64,000 nucleotides of DNA from Cystobasidiomycetes sp. EMM_F5 (taxonomy: Eukaryota), in contig JBPGPT010000018.1 in NCBI GenBank assembly GCA_051047955.1, positions 186,001 through 250,000 on the forward strand. The letters run 5' to 3'. Numbering within the stretch: position 1 is the stretch's first letter; each line of letters starts with the position of its first letter. Under the pieces are notes generated by a model. That model was not told the DNA's origin. It made no database searches and worked only from the letters and a program-made list of their open reading frames with translations. Below, piece after piece: positions 38,727-50,345 of the stretch. The position numbers were made by a program, and so were the translations under genes.

Positions 38727-39245
38727 GCAGAGCAGGACCAGAGTAGAGCGGAAGAAGTATGCATGAATGCAAATAAAACTCGTCAAGAAGGTACCATACC
38801 CCAGAAGCCATGATGTGTCTGTTCTTTCACCCCTTTCGCTTTCAATCCATCTCAAAGTTACCACCAACCTCAGCCAGCAAACTCATCTTCTAAATTCGTC
38901 GTTGTCTATCCCCGCCAAACCCTACACATTCTCCACCACGTTGTCTGATTATACATACATTTTGATTATAGCGTTTCGCACACTACAGCTGCAATGGTAA
39001 TCGGTATTGCGCGTGTCATTTAACGTCTGTGCAAGTGTTTTCGTTGCCAGTCTGCCTTCTTGCTCGTCTGGAACAATATGCTATTCACTTTCGCCATTTG
39101 CATCTTGATAACCAACCAACCTGCCGACCAAGCTGCCCTTAAACTACTGAGGCTATAATCCACCTGCACTATGATGAGTCCTGGCTACTATCGCAGCAGT
39201 AAATGCTCGCCGTCTGACATTGGCCTGTCCTCGTCGTCTGAACAG

Positions 39246-40397
39246 CTCTCCCAAGCGAAGGATTGAAACGGATGTAATGAAGCTGTGAGTGGCAGGGCGC
39301 GATGATAAGTGAGGATTTCAAACGCAGGCTGACGGTGTACGCGTCCATGGCTGGCCATTTGGATTGGATAAATGCTCGCAAACTAATGACCTCTTTGCGG
39401 CAACCGTATAGCCTCATGTCCGACTACGAGGTGACGCTCGTCAACGACAACATGCAAGAGTTCTATGTCCGCTTCCTGGGTCCCGCTGAAAGTGCGCAGT
39501 ACTTCAATAATTACGACGACTTTAGTCACATCCACGTCGTCTGGGCGTGGTGTGGCGCTATCCGGATGCGGATAGCCGAGTATCTGCATTCAACTTGATG
39601 TACTGACAATCGTTTCTTCTATGTGGCCCACAGCTCCGTTTGCTGGTGGAGTATGGAAGATTCACGTCGAGTTGCCAGATCAGTATCCATACAAATCGCC
39701 ATCGATAGGTACGTTGCTCGCATGTCGTGGCATACTCGCTTCGTGTCGAACGTGCCAATGCGAATAAACATGATATACTCCTACCTACCTTCCTCTCTGC
39801 CCTGTTGGACATCCTACAGGCTTCTGCAACAGGATCTTCCACCCTAACATCGATGAATTGTCTGGAAGTGTCTGTTTAGACGTCATTAATCAGGTAGGGA
39901 CCCCTTTGCACTACTGTATACGAGTCACATGATTTCTGACGCCTCTGCCGCTACCTGTCCGTAGACCTGGTCACCCATGTTTGACATGATCAACATTTTC
40001 GAAGTCTTTCTACCCCAATTGTTGCGCTACCCAAACCCTTCCGATCCCCTCAACGGCGAAGCTGCAGCTCTTATGATGCGCGAGCCCAAGCACTACGAAA
40101 CTAAAGTCAAGGGTAAGTCTATGAAAGATGTCTTTGGCATCCATCTCGTGCAAGTGAGACTGATCCGAAGCGGGATGGGCATGCAGAGTACGTGCAGCGG
40201 TATGCGACAAAGACTGCGGCGGATGAAGCTGGAGAAGACGAGGACGAAGAAGAAGAGTCTGAAGAGGAGGAAGAAGAGGAAGAGAGTGAATCCGAAGGCG
40301 ATGAGGCTGCAAATGACAGTACGTTGCTATTGTTAATCGGGGCTGTCTGCATACTGCGCTGAGCTGAAGACACGGCGCGCCTACAGTGGAATTATGA
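39246..40397 (+). CDS. UBC8: Ubiquitin-conjugating enzyme Ubc8/UBE2H; start exon not resolved (upstream of 39246)
   Basis: [94 protein letters not shown], acidic tail ending DMEL*. Confidence 0.95.
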
Positions 40398-41232
40398 CAG
40401 CGTCAATCGCACAAACGTATTATTCAAGGTAGTCTTTCCACTCACGTCTGCTCACTCTGCTCAGTCATGCATCAATGTAGCGTAATTGGCCTCCCTCCGT
40501 CTGTTTATCATCCGAGTATTATTTTCTTCTCCAATGTTGTGCTCTCAAGTCCGCCGCAAGCATGCAAAGCTGAATATTGAAGGGCTCTGTTGGACCGAAG
40601 AGGCGTGCCTCAAACCATGGCTGCTTAGATATCGCAAATTTCATCAGCAGAAGGGCTGTTCAAGGCGCCTGCCCGTCGCGTAAAAGGGTGTCAAGCCATA
40701 GCAGTACTTGGAGGTAATGCCATCGGATCCTTTGCCATTCATCAGCAGACTCCGCAGTCTTGGCTACCGAAAATGGACATAGTGTGCAGCCCTGTAAATG
40801 CACAGTTTCCCACTCCACGGAGCAGTGAAAGCGAGTTTTGCCGATTGTATTCAGAAAGCCGCGGGTCGCAGGTGGGAAGATGTTAGAACGCTGAACGGAC
40901 GTCAGACCCTCTGCTCGTCGTCTCTCGGAAATGGTTTGTAGCCGGCCCACTCAAATGAAGACATTAGTCTACACGCCGTCAGCTGTTCCTGTGACAGTGG
41001 GTGGTCGTCAGTATCCGGCCTCGCCTATGCGACAGTGCCGCCAGCAAACGCGAGCTGTTTCTGCGTCAGTGTGCTACAGGCAAACAAGTCAGAATGGAGT
41101 TGGACGAGATGCACGATCCATGTGTGCGATAGTAACTGCCGCCGAATACGCAGTGGTGCGGTCACATTGTACGGTAAATGTTCCCAGAGACAAAATGCAT
41201 TACCGACCGAGACGAGACAGTGATGTAACTGC

Positions 41233-42365
41233 CTATTCTTCAATTTCCTCCTCCATCTGTTGTTTCGCCCATGATTCCGCTTCGACGAGCAAGTCCTTTG
41301 GTACAGCCGTGTGCCTGTTTTTGCTGTCTGGGCATATCCATGACATTTCCAGCTCCATATCCTTGTCCTTGGCATCTTCGTGCACTTTGTGTATACTGAT
41401 AAATCACGACAGTTTAGCCTTTGATTCTTGCGTAAAAGGGGCAGTCAATACTTACATGAGAGCCGCGTGCTTCAATACCTCCCGACACGTCAAACTCTCC
41501 AGGTCGAGCTTCTCAATCTCCGTCTTTGCCATTTGTCGCCCTTTGCCTGTTGCGCACCCACGGTAGCCCCAGTACACGCCATTCGGCTCAGTCATATACA
41601 GCGCTGGGCCGTTCTTGTCGACGCAGCCCATAATGAGTGTGATACCAAACGGTCGCACGGAAGAGTAGAGTGTGTACGCTTGCATGTATTGACCCATCCG
41701 GTCAGCGAGAATCTAGTAACGTAAGTAAATCAATGCTCGGTCCCGAGTCGGAGAATCAAGACAGTGAATCAAATATACCTTTGCTGGTATTTGTGTGCGA
41801 TACGTCTCCTTGTAGTTCTCTGCTTCTTCTCGTGCGCGTTTCGCCAAGTGCCGTCCATCCGCGATGAGCCCAGCGGATGCCTGTGACATTGAAGGAGCGA
41901 GCGATGAGATGCCGTGTCTTACGCACCCATGACCTCGCGACTTACGATGCCAACGTGAGAGTCGACAGTCATGATCCGTCTATTCGCTCCTGGCACGAGC
42001 AATTTACTGATGACATGCTTTTCGACGGCAATGACGATGCCATCCTTGCATTTGATACCGATGGCGGTTCTGAACGTACACATGTCAGCCAGCGTATCCA
42101 TATATACTGTACTGCACGGCTACCCAGAGTTCTCGACAGCCTTGTGCGCGTATTCGATTTCTGGCAACACACGTCAGCCTCGATGGACTACATCTGACGG
42201 GAACGCCAGGACTCGACATACGGAAGAGGCGACCGTCCGGACTGAAGCACGATACATTCAGGTCGTATCCGCTTCCGACTGATGCCTGCGGGAGTGCAGC
42301 ACAATATGTAATCCAAGTCAGTGCCTGCCCGGTATATCGATGATTCTTTGAATGAAATGCACCAT
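41233..42365 (-). CDS. PRE10: 20S proteasome subunit alpha-7 (Pre10/PSMA3); multi-exon
   Basis: [75 protein letters not shown]; stop at 41233-41235. Confidence 0.96.
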
Positions 42366-42739
42366 GATGTGCTGTTACTAGCTGTTTGTAATGCTCGCAA
42401 TGTTGATAATGAAAGTATTCAATGCCCAGGCTGTCGTGTAGGCTTTGGTGTCCGATATGCCCGGGTCGTCGCAGTCAGTGACTGACGGCACTGGCAGAAT
42501 TGGCTGGCAGTATCAGCACTGCCGAGTAGCTTATCTACGTTCCAGATGTTGGGATGGGCGCAAATGTAGGTTGTTTTGTTGGCGAAAGTAACACGAACGC
42601 GGTCAAGTTGCGTAAGTCGGTCTACTCTGCAATCAAGATACACCAAAAGTCCGACTACTCATGATGCGCACGACGGTCATATGCTTGAACGAAGGTATCC
42701 TGACTCCAAGTGCTTCCTTCCCTCCAAGGCTCCGGGGAT

Positions 42740-45700
42740 CTATCGATTTCGGCTGTCGATAGGGTCTACCAAATTCATACGAACCCGCCCACGCTGACTG
42801 TGCTTGTCCTGTTAGAAACAGCCCACTCTGTCAACCTCTTTGCTTCTAGCTTTGTCATGCGATGTTGTTCAAACACACCTTCTCCACAGTAATTTCAACA
42901 GTAACCTTGTCGAACACGCCTATTCTGACTTCAGGTCCGTCTGGCTTTGTCGGATCGATGGGTAGCACCAATTCGTACTTTTCCGAATCGTACTTGAAGT
43001 CACGCTTGAACGTTACGAGACCTTCCAAGCCGAACTTGCTGACAAAGACTGCCAGTCCATTGCGAAATGCGCGAATCACAAAAGCCTCTTCGCGTACGTT
43101 ACCAAGTCCGCGCTCGATGGAGGCTTTCTCCTTGTCGCGTAGCGCAAGAGCGACATAGAATTCGACACTTGCTCGACCAGCTTGCTGAGCACTTCGATGC
43201 CGTCTGTTTATGTTGTCCATCACCCGGTCGACGAAGGCTTTGCTGTGCAGCGTTGCATGCAAAGGTGCACCAGAGATAGCCGCACTGAGCTGACGATGCA
43301 CCATAACATCAGCGAAACGGCGGATGGGCGAAGTAAAGTGAGTATCTTAAAGGACAGTCAGCATACCCCTACCAGCGAATGTACGGTACGCACAGATAGT
43401 CGATGCAAGTCCATAATGACCAAAGGTGTCCTTTGGCACGCTGCCAGAGCAGAAGTACTCGGCCGATAGCATGCATCGGGTAGCCATAATCCTAACCAGC
43501 GTATTGAAATCTGGCATGTTCGGATCCACACATTTGTCAAGTGAATGTGCCAGAGCTCCAGAACTGGACGTATCCAATGACATGCCTCGTCTCTTCGAAA
43601 GTACGTCCGCCAACACCTCGAAGTTGGTCGCTGGAGGTGGAAGATGTCTACGCAACACTGCAGTTTGAGGGTATGTATCATAAATCTTCTGGGCTACGCT
43701 GATATTTGCAAGGAGCATAAATTCCTCAACGAGGCTGTTTGTCTCGAGCTGCATTTTTTGCTCTACGTCGATGGGTCCAGTGTTCTCGCTGCTATCCATG
43801 TGGATCTTGACTTCAGGTGATGCCAGATTAAGAGCACCCGCAGCCATGCGCTTTGCGCGCAATTTGATTGCCGTGCTATTGAGCAGTCGGATCCCTTGCG
43901 TGAGCGGATCATTCAGAGATCTACAGGCATCACTTAGCGTCGATACGTAATCTGCTCTCACTAGAGACTCACTTATCATCTTTGCGCTTCTGGGCAGCTT
44001 CATATGTGAATGCTTCGTTCGATGCAATGACCGACTTTGTAAACCGCACATTGACGATGTTAGCATCTTGATCAAGCTCCCATATGACCGAGAAAGCCAG
44101 TCTCTCGACATAAGGTCGAAGTGAGCAGAGGTTGGTGCCCAGAAGAGACGGCAGCATATCAATTCGCTTGTCAACTAAATATACTGTTGTGCCTCGCGAT
44201 TCCGCTTCTGCATCCATAGGGTTGTCCGGGTGCACAAAGTATGAGACATCCGCGATATCTGTAGACAACACCAGCTCAGCTGCGTTGTGAGAAATCCAGA
44301 AACCGGTCTGTACTCACGAACTCCAGCCTCGATATTCCCGTTCGGCAACTGACGAGCATGCAGCGCATCGTCAATGTCCTGACATCCAGGTGGATCAATA
44401 GAGCAGATGATCATTTCCCGCAGATCTTCGCGCCCTCGCCAGGTCTTGCTTGCTTCTGACTTTGGCGGCACAACCCAATTTGCACCTTCGGGCGGCAGGC
44501 AGTCCAAGATAGCCTTGCTGAAAGGTCTGTACGGGACATCATGCTCAAGCAATAAAGACTCGATCTCGGCTTCCTTGGTCTCGACTTTACCAAGTGCGCG
44601 AACGAGATGACCGTCTGGGTGACGGGCGGTAGTCTCCCAAGAATCGATAGCTACCAAGAACTTCTGCTCAACAAGAGTAGCGGCTTGTCGCGTTCTGATA
44701 CGGATCTTTGGAATTTTGCGATCAAGTGGAAGGGCAAAGATGGATTGCTGTGCAGACGAAGACAGTGCGTTTGGCGATAAGGAAGCACGATCGACATGGC
44801 ACACGTATGAGCGCCAGCCTCGCTTCAGCACTCCGACCACCCGACCTGTCGGCTGCCGCTCTTTTGTAGCTATTTGAGCTTTCCGAGCAGTATCGAGTAG
44901 CAATTGTCGCTCCTTGCGCGCTTCTGCAAGCTCAGCTGCTTCCGTGTCCTCATCGGGGTTGTCATCAATGCCAGCGTCGTCTATCATGTCAAAGAACATT
45001 AGCGACTTCAACCTGTGTTTCGACAACTGTCCGCAACGCTTACTCTCCTCGTCCAGGAGCTCGTCAGCGGGCGCCCGCCACTCTTTCTTGTCGAAAACTT
45101 CAACTACTACATAGTCGCCGGTGACTGATCTGTTCGTGTTTTCTGACCCTACCAGCAGTACCGGCTTGCTTAATCCTGGCACTTTGACGGAGCCTTCCTT
45201 GAAGTTGTACGGATCTAGATTGAAGAAGCCTTGATGGAGAGTACCTGCCTTTAGGCCAGCTTGAAGTACAGATTGAGGCAGATATTCCGGTGCATACGTC
45301 GTTTGCGGCTGCCGCGCGCTTGCGCCTTCGTGACCGGATAGATTGACCTGGTCGATCTCCCCAAGTTGAGCAACGAGATCGGCGAGAACAACTGCTTTAT
45401 CGGAGGGCAGGGCGTCAACATAATCGCATACGCTGTAGACTTTCAGGCCGAGAGCTTTTGCAGCCCGTCTGTTCCCGGTGTCGTCCGAGAGAAGCACGAT
45501 GTCGATGGAAGCCGATTCGATGGCTTTCATTCTGGCAGCACCGCTAGCAATCTTACGTTTCTTGATTGGTCCTTGCAAGTCATCGGCTTCGGCCAAGTGG
45601 TGCGTGTACCATACTGCTGCTTCACGTATTGCTCGGTCATTTCTATCGTTTGGCGATTCTCCTTCTTTGCGAGTAGGGTACGTATCTGAGCGAGCTTCGT

Positions 45701-46380
45701 TGTAGAACAGCCATATTCTCCGCTCTTCGTCTGCGATGAGAGCTTGCAGACGGTTGAAAAGGGGCAGGGAGCGATGTCGAACCTCCTCCAGGACCGTCTG
45801 CAGGACTATGATATCGCCTCCGAAAGATCCGTGTTCAAGCAAGTCCATCTGCGAGTGGAGAATTAGCCTCTTTGAGCGCTTCCGGAACACTTCCACTTAC
45901 CTGATGGAGAGCTACATTCGTGTCGATGACTAGATAATGACCCTTGCCCTTGACGTCAAATTGACGACCTTGCGAGCCAAGTATCGGAGCAAAGCTCTTC
46001 TTCGCCCGCCGACGAGCACCCGTATCGTCATCTTGAGCACCAGGCAGCGTCAATTGACCTTGCGAAAGCAGGCCGTAGAGGTGTTGGCAGGCATTGCAGC
46101 TGATGGAGCCGCAGGGAATATCGTTTCGAAGGTACTGCTCCCGGACAACTGCGAGCAAGAGCATGGCCATCATGGAGCGAGCCTCAGTATTCCATCCGGA
46201 CTAGGCCATGTCGATGGACTCACCCTTCAACACCCTGCCCTGCCTCGTCTTTCGCAGAAACTGCTTGTTGGCCTGCTGGACCAGCGACGACGAAGAGCTC
46301 CCAACAGCGGCAGACTTAGATGGCCCTTCATATGGCCGTTTCCTGAGCAGAACTATGGGGGCATCGATGTCGACAGCCAT
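42740..46380 (-). CDS. DIS3: Exosome catalytic subunit Dis3/Rrp44 (CR3-PIN-CSD-RNB-S1)
   Basis: [85 protein letters not shown]; last exon ends DPIDSRNR*. Confidence 0.97.
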
Positions 46381-46816
46381 GGCTCGTGAGCGCGATGAGC
46401 GCGAGACAAAGCCGTCAAGATTATCAGATAAGGGAGCGCAGAAAATCGATGATCTTCCATCAGGCATTGGACTGACGATGGACACGTTTGGATACTTCCG
46501 AGATGACTGCGATGATATACTAACCACCGCTGAGTGGACCGACTGATCTGGCTTTCTGATGCTCGACAGCATGCCCTTCCTGACATCCCGCAGATGCCCC
46601 ATAGCAAGGCGGCAAGACGGTGTCCCAACTTCATGCATGAGCTCAGATAGTCCGAGCCCTTGGATAAAAGGCTCGACGTGGGGCATTGCCCCGACATGAT
46701 TGACAACGAAGCGCAACAGTGTGCAAGACCGCGACACTGGTTGCATCCTGTTTAAATTGCGTCATCTTGCTGTTGACGCGTCATCTTTCTGGCTTTATCT
46801 CTCTGCTCTCGCAGTA

Positions 46817-47557
46817 ATGTCCACCAAACAGGCATCACCGACCGCACACTACGCAGTGGCGATTGGCTGGATGGACAGTGTACCAGTCGACAAAACCTCA
46901 ATGACTCCTTGTGACATTGGTAGAGTCTATATTGCTGAAGTAATGAGACCACGAAATGATCATCCCAGCATGCTGGGGCTCGTCATGACGCAAGCTGCTC
47001 ACAAAATCACTAAGCAAGATAATCTCCGCCTTCATCATCGCCGTACGTTAGTCAGTGAGGTGGGCGGACAGACCACGAATATATCGAATATGGTCACTCG
47101 CGCCCGGGCGAATTCAGCTAGACGCGGGGCGTACTTGGTCGCTATCGGTTGGCATGATCCAGAAGATGCTACGCGGTCAGCACCGAACTATATGCGTCTG
47201 GTTCAAGCATATACGGCTGTGATTTATCTCGAATACTCAAAAAGGCCCGTTCGATACGCACTAGCACTCAGTGAGGCAGCCTTAAAATTATCCAAGCGTC
47301 TAAATCCTATTACACGGTATGATTCTCTGCACTTGATTGATCCGCGATATCAGGAAGTCCGCAAGATGACCGGAAGTCTTCCTGATCCGCCAAGACGAAA
47401 CACTATCAGATCTTCGAGGATCACTTCTGGCATCACGCAAACTGACGCCCAATCTTCCGGAAATAGCTCTAGTAGTAGCACTCGGCAAGCCGCTACAACA
47501 GTGTCACCACGATATGTCCTTCGTTCAAGACCTGGCCGCATGCTTCAACCGCATTGA
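46817..47557 (+). CDS. Orphan protein A (246 aa, intronless) with an internally duplicated module
   Basis: HYAVAIGWMD..MTQAAHKITK is repeated as AYLVAIGWHD..LSEAALKLSK; Ser/Arg-rich tail. Confidence 0.7.
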   Translation: MSTKQASPTAHYAVAIGWMDSVPVDKTSMTPCDIGRVYIAEVMRPRNDHPSMLGLVMTQAAHKITKQDNLRLHHRRTLVSEVGGQTTNISNMVTRARANSARRGAYLVAIGWHDPEDATRSAPNYMRLVQAYTAVIYLEYSKRPVRYALALSEAALKLSKRLNPITRYDSLHLIDPRYQEVRKMTGSLPDPPRRNTIRSSRITSGITQTDAQSSGNSSSSSTRQAATTVSPRYVLRSRPGRMLQPH

Positions 47558-47867
47558 CGCTAGTTGCAGTTCATGGTCCTGCTTCCTATGTCTTCCTGCG
47601 ATTGTTGCCGATCCTCTGTTCCCCTGTTTCATTTGTCCCTAGCGCAATATGACAACATACTGCCGACAGTATGCTACGTCAGCATTGAACTTCGCTGCAA
47701 ATCACGACATTACTGGTCGGTTTTGTTCGACAAACACCGCGCCACGACGGCGAGGCGGCGCTACGTTGAGCCAAATTGGCGGACATCATACACTCGGACG
47801 GTCTGCCTTTGCAGCTACCACTGCCCCGTACACATCTTACCGAAGAGCAAGCATTAATAACAATATC

Positions 47868-48695
47868 ATGTCCATACGGTCATTTACCGGCTCCAGCGGG
47901 AACTCTTCCGACAGGACTGCCAATCGAGTCAGGGCACCGACACCAAATTCATTTCTAAGCAACGACATTCGGCCTCATTCCAATCGACCTGACACTCCAG
48001 CGTCGCCCAGAGCGATCTACATAGCCGATGATTCCCCAAACTTCTTGGTCGTGATTGGTAATTTAGCCAGCGATACCAAGTCGAGACTTCCCGGAAGCCC
48101 CGGCGGGTCGACCAGAATGGGGAGCAAGGTGACTATTCACCAGGCTTGCGCCATTGCCTTCCGTGCGAGCGGCCCGACCGTCGAATCTGTAACGATGGCC
48201 AACTATCGTGACTCTGTTATCGGGCACCTTATACAAAAATCGGCCAATATAGTCTTTAACGTCCGCCAGCAAATTGAGGCCGCTTTTCAATACAGTGTCG
48301 ATATTACGATCGAAGGTCCGAGTAGTGTATTTGCGGCAACCACTGCAGAGCGCACTGCGGATGAGCAGTACTCGGGTAGCTGTGCAATAATTGCTGGCTA
48401 TTTGCCCTACCACAATACACCGCTCGGACGCCCTTTTGAGCTCAAGAAGGCCTATCTGTTCATACACGACGTTACAGCGCATCAGCGAAAGCAGGAGTAC
48501 GTCGTTCTCCTATCTCAAACCTTGAAGACGGTGTCAAGTCGTATTCATCAAGTTCCCTACCCATCTTTCGCACCGAAGATCCGAATACACTCTGGCGTAC
48601 AACCACTCAGCCAGCGCGAGACCAAACGCAGTGGATCAGGCGTCACTAGGGCATCTACATTCCCACAAAGCAAGGTAGTGAAGAGAAAGAAGTAG
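47868..48695 (+). CDS. Orphan protein B (275 aa, intronless), probable distant paralog of A
   Basis: FLVVIGNL and CAIIAGYL modules; FELKKAYLF..EYVVLLSQTLKTVSSRI resembles A's MRLVQAYTA..RYALALSEAALKLSKRL; ends KRKK. Confidence 0.68.
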   Translation: MSIRSFTGSSGNSSDRTANRVRAPTPNSFLSNDIRPHSNRPDTPASPRAIYIADDSPNFLVVIGNLASDTKSRLPGSPGGSTRMGSKVTIHQACAIAFRASGPTVESVTMANYRDSVIGHLIQKSANIVFNVRQQIEAAFQYSVDITIEGPSSVFAATTAERTADEQYSGSCAIIAGYLPYHNTPLGRPFELKKAYLFIHDVTAHQRKQEYVVLLSQTLKTVSSRIHQVPYPSFAPKIRIHSGVQPLSQRETKRSGSGVTRASTFPQSKVVKRKK

Positions 48696-49365
48696 AATTT
48701 GGGAAACGCTAACATTGGTACAGTGTATGCGTAGAATACAGTCTAACGAGTCTCCTGCTAAGCTGTACAGTTGCATACTCTGACATACTCTGCACACCTA
48801 CCTCCTTCGCTGCGTGCTGCGCACAGTAGCCACCGCCTAACTACTGATGACGATGAAGACGACGCCGGATCGCTTTCCTTGCCTGGATTTGTCACTCACA
48901 GAACGCTTAGCAGCAATTAGCTTAACTCTTCATCCTTGCTTTCGACTTTCGCCAGCAGCTGTTTAGAAAGCTAAGAACCACACAATTGGAACGTGAGAAC
49001 CACATAGTTGCGAATGTGAGCACCACGCAATCGGATAACGATATGTCCCTGATCGCTCGATAGTGTGCACCTGCAAAAGGAAGACCCTACCCTTTCGAGT
49101 CAGCATACTCCGCTGCGAGGGTAAGCTTGCATCGACGTCCATAAGATGTCTCGGCAGTGCTTCCTGTACCTGTACAACGGCTAGCTGACTTCAATGACAA
49201 CCTTACGTCAGGCTGTTCTTGCCGTTACGGCGGTGTCTTTTGAAAAGTAGGTAGGGCGATTTCAGCCCGCCAAGCAGGTGCAGACCAGCAGCTGCTGCTT
49301 CGTTCCATTCTTACTGCTATACAGAATTATTTCCTCCTCTACTTATTCTCCATATCTTGTCAAAG

Positions 49366-50345
49366 ATGCCAAACACACGCTCGCAAAGAGCTCTCGCTGC
49401 AGATCAGTCTCCCACGAGCCGAGCGACCTCTACTATTCCTCCTATGAGACCAGAAGCAACCGTCAAACGCGAATCCTCGCCTGCAGACCAGCTTCGCACA
49501 AGCAGAGCGGCCTCTACTCCACCCATAAAGTCAGAAGCGCCCATCAAGCGCGAATCTTCCCCTGCGAACCAGACTCGCATGAGCCGAGCGACCCTTATTC
49601 CTTCTTCTCTAAAGTCGGAAGCACTCATCAAACGAGAAGCTTCCCCTGCAAACCAGACTCGTACGGGAAGGGCCGCCTCTACTCGTCCCCCAAAGTTAGA
49701 AGCACCTGTCAAAGGAGAAGACTCCTCAATTCTACTCAACAACATACCGCAATTTGCAGGAGCGCCTCCTGCAGCACTCAAGCGCGAATCCAGATCGCCT
49801 AGCCCTGAGGCAGAGAACAGTGTTGTCGTTGGCCGAATACTGAGTGCAAAGATCCGCCCTTCAATCGCGCAGGGTCAGCCAGAGACGGTCATCACGCTTG
49901 ACAATGCTCTCATCAGGGCAGGTGTCTTCAAGAGCAGACCGGCACCAGCAGATGCGCACTACAGCTTTGTTGGACAAGTTTATGTCATTTACCAGGACCC
50001 GACTCGACTTCCGACTCTTGGATCTCTGGAGGTAGTATGGTCCGGGGATATCGCAAAGCAGTGCAAGATCAACGAATATTTTGTTCATCGGGCTTCAAAA
50101 CCGAGGACGGCTTTGATGGCGAGTACCGCGTAACGCGTAACTTTCGGCCCCAACAGAATCGCCCAGTCGTAGTCAGCGCGTTATGGAGCACAATGCTAGA
50201 ATTCCTCGAGCATAGGACATCCGCCAAATTCCGAGTGCAAAAAGCGGCCGCAACTACTGATCGTAGGTCTTCAAGGTTTGCAAGGAACCAGGGAAATCCG
50301 GCAAGGGAAAGATCAGCAAGTCCTCGGGCTAGTCGTGTCCGATAG
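49366..50345 (+). pseudogene. Orphan protein C, paralog of D, split by a 1-nt frameshift at ~50079-50090 (pseudogene, sequencing error or recoding)
   Basis: The first frame matches D up to KINEYFV; homology continues in the -1 frame (GFKTEDGFDGEYRVTRNFRP..RERSASPR). Confidence 0.75.
49399..49728 (+). repeat. Coding tandem repeat, 4 units of 84/81/84/81 bp (28/27/28/27 aa)
   Basis: ADQSPTSRATSTIPPMRPEATVKRESSP / ADQLRTSRAASTPPIKSEAPIKRESSP / ANQTRMSRATLIPSSLKSEALIKREASP / ANQTRTGRAASTRPPKLEAPVKGEDSS. Confidence 0.92.

Noticed and set aside
37599..38867. 422-aa antisense ORF and 307-aa alternative-frame ORF over the SLM1-like gene
   Set aside because: Explained by strong codon bias in the sense gene; no motifs of their own.
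39171..39241. Possible C/D snoRNA (ATGATGA...CTGA...CTGA) upstream of UBC8
   Set aside because: No terminal stem and no convincing rRNA-complementary guide of 10 nt or more; the CTGA motifs are explained as branch points.
40617..40886. ATG GCT GCT TAG followed by ~85 open codons (..CQAIAVLGGNAIGSFAIHQ..), faintly like the orphan module
   Set aside because: The length is within chance expectation and the similarity is too short to support.
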